From positions 1 through 39,644 of the forward strand of contig JANOAV010000052.1 of assembly GCA_031411295.1 (NCBI GenBank): DNA of 39,644 bases, given 5' to 3'. This stretch comes from Verrucomicrobiales bacterium. GTDB taxonomy: Bacteria > Verrucomicrobiota > Verrucomicrobiia > Verrucomicrobiales > V1-33. This document shows positions 34,216 through 39,644 of the stretch, piece after piece. The notes under the pieces were generated by a model. That model had not been told where the DNA came from and searched no databases. It saw nothing but the letters and a program-made list of their open reading frames with translations. A program made the translations under genes and the position numbers. The first letter of the stretch is position 1, and every line of letters starts with the position of its first letter.

Positions 34216-34345
34216 GATTCCAGTGCAACCCCATCCTCGGAGCCAAGGCGTCGATTTGGTGGAGGGACCACGTTCTAGTAAATTAGCTGTCGGAATCCGA
34301 CCGCACTTCAAACCGATTTTATGGGAAATTGTTATCATGGAACTT

Positions 34346-34374
34346 ATCGTAATCATAATTCAGAAAAAAGTCAA
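34346..34374 (-). promoter_or_regulatory. Sigma70-like promoter for the BPL_N-like gene
   Basis: Minus strand TTGACT-N17-TACGAT in an AT-rich context. Confidence 0.6.
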
Positions 34375-34401
34375 CATTTTTAGCACTTAATCGCGGACAG
34401 A

Positions 34402-34532
34402 GCGGATTTTTGCACGGTGTAAGTTTTTGATTATCAACAGATCATGCGGTGGTGACGCGCTGCTGCGCGTCATTGGACTTCCCCTTTCAGACACGCGCAG
34501 CAGCGCGTTTCCACCTCCGTGCAAAAATCCGC
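34402..34532. mobile_element. 131-bp MITE-like element with 16-bp terminal IRs, an IHF-consensus site and an inverted REP pair (family E)
   Basis: Perfect IR GCGGATTTTTGCACGG/CCGTGCAAAAATCCGC. Inner GGTGGTGACGCGCTGCTGCGCGT (34448-34470) and ACGCGCAGCAGCGCGTTTCCACC (34493-34515). Minus-strand AATCAAAAACTTA at 34420-34432. Confidence 0.78.
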
Positions 34533-34655
34533 CGTTGCCTCATTTCATTCGGCCAACCCTGAGCTGGAGGTCGGAAGCCCGTTGGGCTTCGGGCTGCGCC
34601 TGAAGCTTGAATCCGAACCGCAGGCATGGCGTGAGTTGAGTTCCTACCATGATGC

Positions 34656-34674
34656 CGGGGCTTTCAAAGCCCCG
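34656..34674. other. Perfect GC-rich hairpin (terminator-like or repeat remnant)
   Basis: CGGGGCTTT-C-AAAGCCCCG with no clear U-tract. Confidence 0.4.
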
Positions 34675-34823
34675 CACCTTGGGACAAAGCCCGTGTTGTG
34701 TTGAGCCTCGTCGTGGGATGAAGCATCTTTTGCAAAAAAGATTGAAAAATCCTGAATTTGATTGTATTTATGGTAATTATCGTTGATTCTGTCGAAATTA
34801 GCAGAAATTAAATATCGACCATA

Positions 34824-37800
34824 ATGAGTAAACCAGCCGCATTCCCTGAGGCACCGCCCATCCGCAAGGCTTTCCACCACGTTGCACGCATCCTGCTGTG
34901 TGTGGGTGCTTGGATGTCTGTAGTCGTATCCGCCCGAGCCCAAACCGCCAGCGTGGTGGAGTGGACGTTTCTGAGCGGGAGTGTGTATTCGGCCAATGCG
35001 TCCACCAAGAACGCGCAAGTGACGCAAGCGACGGTGCCAATGAGCACGCTCGGGGTGACGATGGCTTCCTCCGGCATTAATCCGAACTTCCAGCTGAATT
35101 CAACCCAATGGTCCACCGCAGTGGGAGGCACGGTGGGAACGGCCGGTGTGCCTGCGGCTGGTTACTGGACGGCTGCGGCCAATTCTGCCACGGCGGTGGC
35201 TCCCGTGACTGGAGATAAAGTCCTCTATTTCAACATCACCCCGGCCACTGCGGCGGCAATCGATCTGGGTGCCTTGAAATTGTCCTTTGATGCCACCCGC
35301 AGTGTGTCTGCATCCTCCCCTACGGCGGCCCGGGCGTATATTGTCTGGACGGATGCGGGCGCGTCCAAACGCCGTTATACGACAACGGCGGTCACTCTCT
35401 CCGGCACCACTTTGGCGAATAAAGTCCTTGATCTTGGGGGGGCTGCGAGTGCTGGAGATACTTTCCCGGTGAATCCCGGGGGCTATGCCTTCCACATCGA
35501 AGTGGAATTAACCGGTGCTACCGTGGCCGGATCCGGAGTGCTGCTGGACAATGTGAAACTACTAACCAACGCACTGCAAGCGGGGGGCTGTGCCATCGGA
35601 AATTTGATTTACAACGACGTTGACCTCAACGGTTTCTACAACACCGCTGGTGGGGACACGGCTGTTAGTGGTGCGGTGGTCGATCTCTTGAATAGCGCGG
35701 GCACGGTGCTGAAATCCACCACCACGACTGCCACTGGGCAATATTTCTTTACCAATCTGCTTCCTTCGGGTGGCACCGCTCCGGCCACTCCGAACTATAA
35801 AGTTCGGGTGAATGCCTCCAGCTTCGCCATCGGGCAACCGCTGTTCGGAAAATATTCCATTTTACCTGCCAGCCCGGTGGATGGAGCCAATGGAGACGAT
35901 GATGTGCCGGGAAATGATGCCGGAGTGGACGATAACAATCCTGCGACCAACGGGATCAGCAGCCATGCCATCGTGCTAGCCGCTGGCACTGAGCCCACCC
36001 TGGAAGCGGGTGCCCTGAACACGCTGGATGATGCCTATGACAGCAATGGCGACCTCACGGTGGACTTTGGTTTCCGCACCACCCCCACCACCGACTTTGG
36101 TGATAACCCATCCTTTGCTGCCGCTTCCAACATTATTAGCAGCGCCCTAAAAATTGGCACCAACGCCACCGATAGTGAAGCCATCAACCCGGTTTCCGGC
36201 ACGGCTACTTTAGATGATACTAGTGGTTCCACGCCTGATGACGAGGATCTGGACGTGACCACGAAAACGTTCACCGCAGGCTCCTCTCTAACCTACGCAT
36301 TTTCCGTAACCGCCGGAGCCCCTGCCAAGCTCATGGTCTGGGCGGATTGGAATAACGATGGAGCGGTGACCGGCACGAATGAAATCGTGACGGCAACGGC
36401 CCTGGATGTCATCGTTGGCACCAATAGCTACTCCGTGGCCTTCAATCCCCCGGCGGGCACCATTGGCATCTGCTACCTTCGGTTCCGGGTGCAGGATGGA
36501 GCTACTTCCCCCACCTTCAGCGGCAATTCCACGGCCTTTGGGGAAGTGGAGGATTATGCCGTCAATGTTGTCGGTCCAACGCTTGATTTTGGCGACTGGA
36601 ATGGCTCTGGAGCCTTGACCACGACTACCAGCAGCACTGTAAACCTCAACCTCCGCCTGGGTGCCATCGTCGATGCAGAATTCAGCGTCACGCCTGATCC
36701 AGCGGCTACCACCGACGGTGCGGATGAAGATGGGGTGACCATGCCAGCGAACCTTGGGGCGGGCGCTACGGTGACGATCCCAGTCAGCGTATTCAACAAC
36801 AGTGGTCTCAATGGCTATCTCAATGCATGGATCGACTTCAACAACGACGGCACTTTTAACGACACCCTGGTGACTTCCGGTGGCGAGCGGCTGGAAGCCG
36901 CGCGCACCATTGCTACTGGCGTTAGCGCGACGACGCAGAACATCACTTTTACCGTGCCCGCCGGCGCGAGCATAGGCACGCAGCGGGGAGTGCGGTTCCG
37001 TCTGACTGATCAGGCCACGACCACACCGACCGGTGCCGTCGGGTCAGGTGAAGTGGAGGACTATGTTGTTTCGATCATAACGCCACCTTCTTTCCCTGAG
37101 TTGTGCGCTCCCAATGTTTACAGTTGGACTGCGTTGGCGACCGGCGGCACCTTCTCGATGACTGCAATCGACAGCGCGGTTATGGGTGGAAAAACGGGAG
37201 TGACCAATGGGGTCACACTCAGCTTCACCAATAGTGCCATTCAGGGGCAGTTCATCGTTCATGCTCCGCTCACGGGTTCCCTTGGCACGGCAGATAATTT
37301 GCGTGGTTCTGGAGGCGCCGCCTTGGCCCCGGTTTATCAGGACCTTAGCGCAGATCGCGCCCAAGCCGTGGCTTTGTCAAACAAGGTAGCCGCGCTGACG
37401 CCAACGCAAACCTTGGGCAGTTTCACCGCACCATTCACGGTCAATGCGACGGCACCCGACGGCAAAAATGTCATTCTGATTACCGATGTTTATTTGGGTG
37501 GCAGCGAGAAATTTACGCTCAATGGGGGACCGAGCGACTACATCATCGTCAACATTCAGAACCGGCTCTCCTTCACTGCCAGTGCGGGGATCGAACTGAC
37601 TGGGGGGCTTCAGGCTTCTCATGTAATGGTCAATTTGCTGCCTGGATCAACCGTTCTCCAGTTGACCGGATCTTCCACCGTGACCGGGGGGACTTTCCTC
37701 GCATTGAATTCGACTACCGTCACGCAAATCATTGGCTCGGCGGTCATCAATGGCGCTGTGTTCGCCAAAGATATTCAGATCAGCGGAGGCTCTATCATTA

Positions 37801-39644
37801 ACTCAGGTTATGCCTTTGATTGCGGCGTATCGGCTGACTTCGGTGACTGGAGCGGCAGCGGCGCACAGACCACGACGGCGAGTAGCACCATGAACCCCAA
37901 CCTCCGCCTCGGTGCCACCGTCGATGCGGAAACCAGCGTGGTGCCCGATGCAGGCGCTACCGCTGACGGCGCAGATGAAGACGGCGTGACCATGCCAGGG
38001 AGTATTACGGCAGGCGTGAGTGCGACGATTCCAGTCAGCTTCTTCAACAACAATACTTCCGGAAAATACCTTCAGGCGTGGATCGATTTTGACAACGATG
38101 GAGCGTTCAACGACGTCGATGTAACTACTGCTGGCGGAGAGCGGATCTACAACGCAGTGACTCCCGCGAACGCCTCGCAGCAGAACATAAATGCCACTTT
38201 TACGGTGCCCGCAACCGCCCGTGCTGGCACCCAACGTGGCGTGCGCTTCCGTCTCAGTGACAACGCCGCCACCACTCCAACGAGTAGCGGTGCCACGGGC
38301 GAAATTGAAGATTATACGGTTACGATAAATGCGATGGCTGTGGGCGGTTTGGTGTATGAAGACCAAAACGTCAATGGTCAATACGACAGCGCTACCGATG
38401 CGGTGATCAATGGCGCCACGGTGACATTGTATAATGACTTGACGGGAAATGGCATTACAGCGGATGATGTGGTTACGCCCTTCACCCAATCGGGATTGAC
38501 AAATCCGGTGACTCCGGCGGGAAGCGTTTACTCCTTCGACAACCTGCCGCCGGGCAATTACTTTGTGAAGGTTAGGCCGACGACAGGAACTTGGTATCAA
38601 GGTGGCAGCCTCATCACGACAAATCCAGTGCTGGCATCGAAAGTGGACAACAAAAACTACGGAAACCGGAATGTGCTGGATGCTGCCGCGTTCTTTAGTC
38701 CGGTCGTCAACTTGTCGGTCGGTGGGCTTCCAGGAGTGGGCGTGGATGGCGATGATGCCAACACCGACAGCACGATCGACTTCGGTCTCTGGCAGCGCAT
38801 GAGCATCGGAAACTTGGTCTTCAACGACAGCAATAACGATGGTTCGGCGGCTTCTGCAGCTGGGATTGTCAGTGTGACGCTTGAGTTGTTCAAATCCACC
38901 GATGCCACGGTGGGCAATGGCGATGATGTTTCTCAGGGCACGACCACCTCCACTGTAGGCACCGGGGCGTATGGCTTCAGCGGATTGTTGCCTGGAAACT
39001 ATTTCCTTAAGGTGACGCCAACGGTCGCCTACCCATTGAAGTCAGGCGTCAATGGATCTGACAATGGCGTGGATAATGACAACAACGGTGTCACGCAAGT
39101 TTCGCAAAGTCAGCCAATCTACACGCACATGATCACGCTGACGATACTTGGTGAAACGGCCAGCGGCAATGTGGAGAACACCATCGACATCGGATTGCGT
39201 GCTTGTCCTGCGATCAACATTACGCCAGCCAGCCTGGCAGCGGCCACCCAATGGTTCCCCTATTCACAAACGATCACCGGCAGCGGTGGCACGGGCACTA
39301 TTTCCCTGGCGATCACATCCGGTTCGTTGCCTGCTGGACTAACCTGGAGCGGTGGCAGCGGCACGGCTACCATTTCTGGCACGCCGCTGTTGACGGGAAG
39401 TTTCCCAATCACGGTCACGGGCACCGATCCCACGCTGTGCACGGCTACGATTAACTACACCATCACAGTCAATGCATGCGGCGCGATCACGATCACTCCG
39501 TCCACCGTGCCTGCGGGAGTGCTGGGCACACTTTACACGGCCACGACCTTCACGGGCTCCGGTGGAACTGGAAGCTATACTTGGAGCGTGGTGCCAACGC
39601 CGCTGTCCGGCCAAGTAGGCTGGTGGCCGGGTGAGAATAACTCC
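34824..39644 (+). CDS. Giant secreted adhesin-like protein, 3' partial (>1607 aa): SdrD-B-like, three GEVED, DUF3494/choice-of-anchor-A-like, He_PIG-like Ig and the start of a LamG-like domain
   Basis: Absent from the ORF track, consistent with no in-frame stop before the window end. Hand translation gives MSKPAAF...VVVSARA-Q signal. The same frame gives GEVEDY (36540, 37047), GEIEDY (38298), IGNL..ND...G and DFG modules, and LSGQVGWWPGENNS at the end. I checked the frame at these points, not codon by codon. Confidence 0.9.
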   Translation, partial: MSKPAAFPEAPPIRKAFHHVARILLCVGAWMSVVVSARAQTASVVEWTFLSGSVYSANASTKNAQVTQATVPMSTLGVTMASSGINPNFQLNSTQWSTAVGGTVGTAGVPAAGYWTAAANSATAVAPVTGDKVLYFNITPATAAAIDLGALKLSFDATRSVSASSPTAARAYIVWTDAGASKRRYTTTAVTLSGTTLANKVLDLGGAASAGDTFPVNPGGYAFHIEVELTGATVAGSGVLLDNVKLLTNALQAGGCAIGNLIYNDVDLNGFYNTAGGDTAVSGAVVDLLNSAGTVLKSTTTTATGQYFFTNLLPSGGTAPATPNYKVRVNASSFAIGQPLFGKYSILPASPVDGANGDDDVPGNDAGVDDNNPATNGISSHAIVLAAGTEPTLEAGALNTLDDAYDSNGDLTVDFGFRTTPTTDFGDNPSFAAASNIISSALKIGTNATDSEAINPVSGTATLDDTSGSTPDDEDLDVTTKTFTAGSSLTYAFSVTAGAPAKLMVWADWNNDGAVTGTNEIVTATALDVIVGTNSYSVAFNPPAGTIGICYLRFRVQDGATSPTFSGNSTAFGEVEDYAVNVVGPTLDFGDWNGSGALTTTTSSTVNLNLRLGAIVDAEFSVTPDPAATTDGADEDGVTMPANLGAGATVTIPVSVFNNSGLNGYLNAWIDFNNDGTFNDTLVTSGGERLEAARTIATGVSATTQNITFTVPAGASIGTQRGVRFRLTDQATTTPTGAVGSGEVEDYVVSIITPPSFPELCAPNVYSWTALATGGTFSMTAIDSAVMGGKTGVTNGVTLSFTNSAIQGQFIVHAPLTGSLGTADNLRGSGGAALAPVYQDLSADRAQAVALSNKVAALTPTQTLGSFTAPFTVNATAPDGKNVILITDVYLGGSEKFTLNGGPSDYIIVNIQNRLSFTASAGIELTGGLQASHVMVNLLPGSTVLQLTGSSTVTGGTFLALNSTTVTQIIGSAVINGAVFAKDIQISGGSIINSGYAFDCGVSADFGDWSGSGAQTTTASSTMNPNLRLGATVDAETSVVPDAGATADGADEDGVTMPGSITAGVSATIPVSFFNNNTSGKYLQAWIDFDNDGAFNDVDVTTAGGERIYNAVTPANASQQNINATFTVPATARAGTQRGVRFRLSDNAATTPTSSGATGEIEDYTVTINAMAVGGLVYEDQNVNGQYDSATDAVINGATVTLYNDLTGNGITADDVVTPFTQSGLTNPVTPAGSVYSFDNLPPGNYFVKVRPTTGTWYQGGSLITTNPVLASKVDNKNYGNRNVLDAAAFFSPVVNLSVGGLPGVGVDGDDANTDSTIDFGLWQRMSIGNLVFNDSNNDGSAASAAGIVSVTLELFKSTDATVGNGDDVSQGTTTSTVGTGAYGFSGLLPGNYFLKVTPTVAYPLKSGVNGSDNGVDNDNNGVTQVSQSQPIYTHMITLTILGETASGNVENTIDIGLRACPAINITPASLAAATQWFPYSQTITGSGGTGTISLAITSGSLPAGLTWSGGSGTATISGTPLLTGSFPITVTGTDPTLCTATINYTITVNACGAITITPSTVPAGVLGTLYTATTFTGSGGTGSYTWSVVPTPLSGQVGWWPGENNS

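Noticed and set aside
34533..34600. Hairpin GAAGCCC-GTT-GGGCTTC and adjacent sequence as a structured ncRNA
   Set aside because: It looks like a remnant of another palindromic repeat, with no second copy or known RNA motif to support a call.

Overview
This is a 39.6 kb bacterial accessory region. The gene repertoire points to Verrucomicrobia or another PVC lineage: a PEP-CTERM protein, autotransporter-associated beta-strand-repeat proteins without a beta-barrel, PVC-type CxxCH haem proteins and FGly sulfatases. The left half (216-17798) is a minus-strand glycan-utilisation-like run of an FAD oxidoreductase, two large secreted solenoid proteins, two sulfatases, a haem-c/dehydrogenase protein and an SGNH esterase. 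It is interrupted by a small islet holding mazEF and a four-helix-bundle/C4 zinc-finger gene wrapped in 9-bp GATC microsatellite clusters. The middle holds a stand-alone surface-protein tail module beside a PEP-CTERM protein, tcdA, a broken DUF2281-PIN toxin-antitoxin pair, an ECF-sigma remnant cut by a miniature element, a prenyltransferase-fold protein, a GT4 glycosyltransferase and a Pro/Gly-rich secreted protein. The right part holds a second CxxCH protein with an in-frame REP doublet, a ceramidase-like hydrolase, a secreted tandem BPL_N/GATase-like protein and a giant adhesin ORF (>1607 aa) that runs off the window and is absent from the ORF track. At least five palindromic REP/MITE-like families are present with no transposase in the window. 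I recognised no rRNA, tRNA or CRISPR array. All family assignments come from motifs read by eye, not from database searches.
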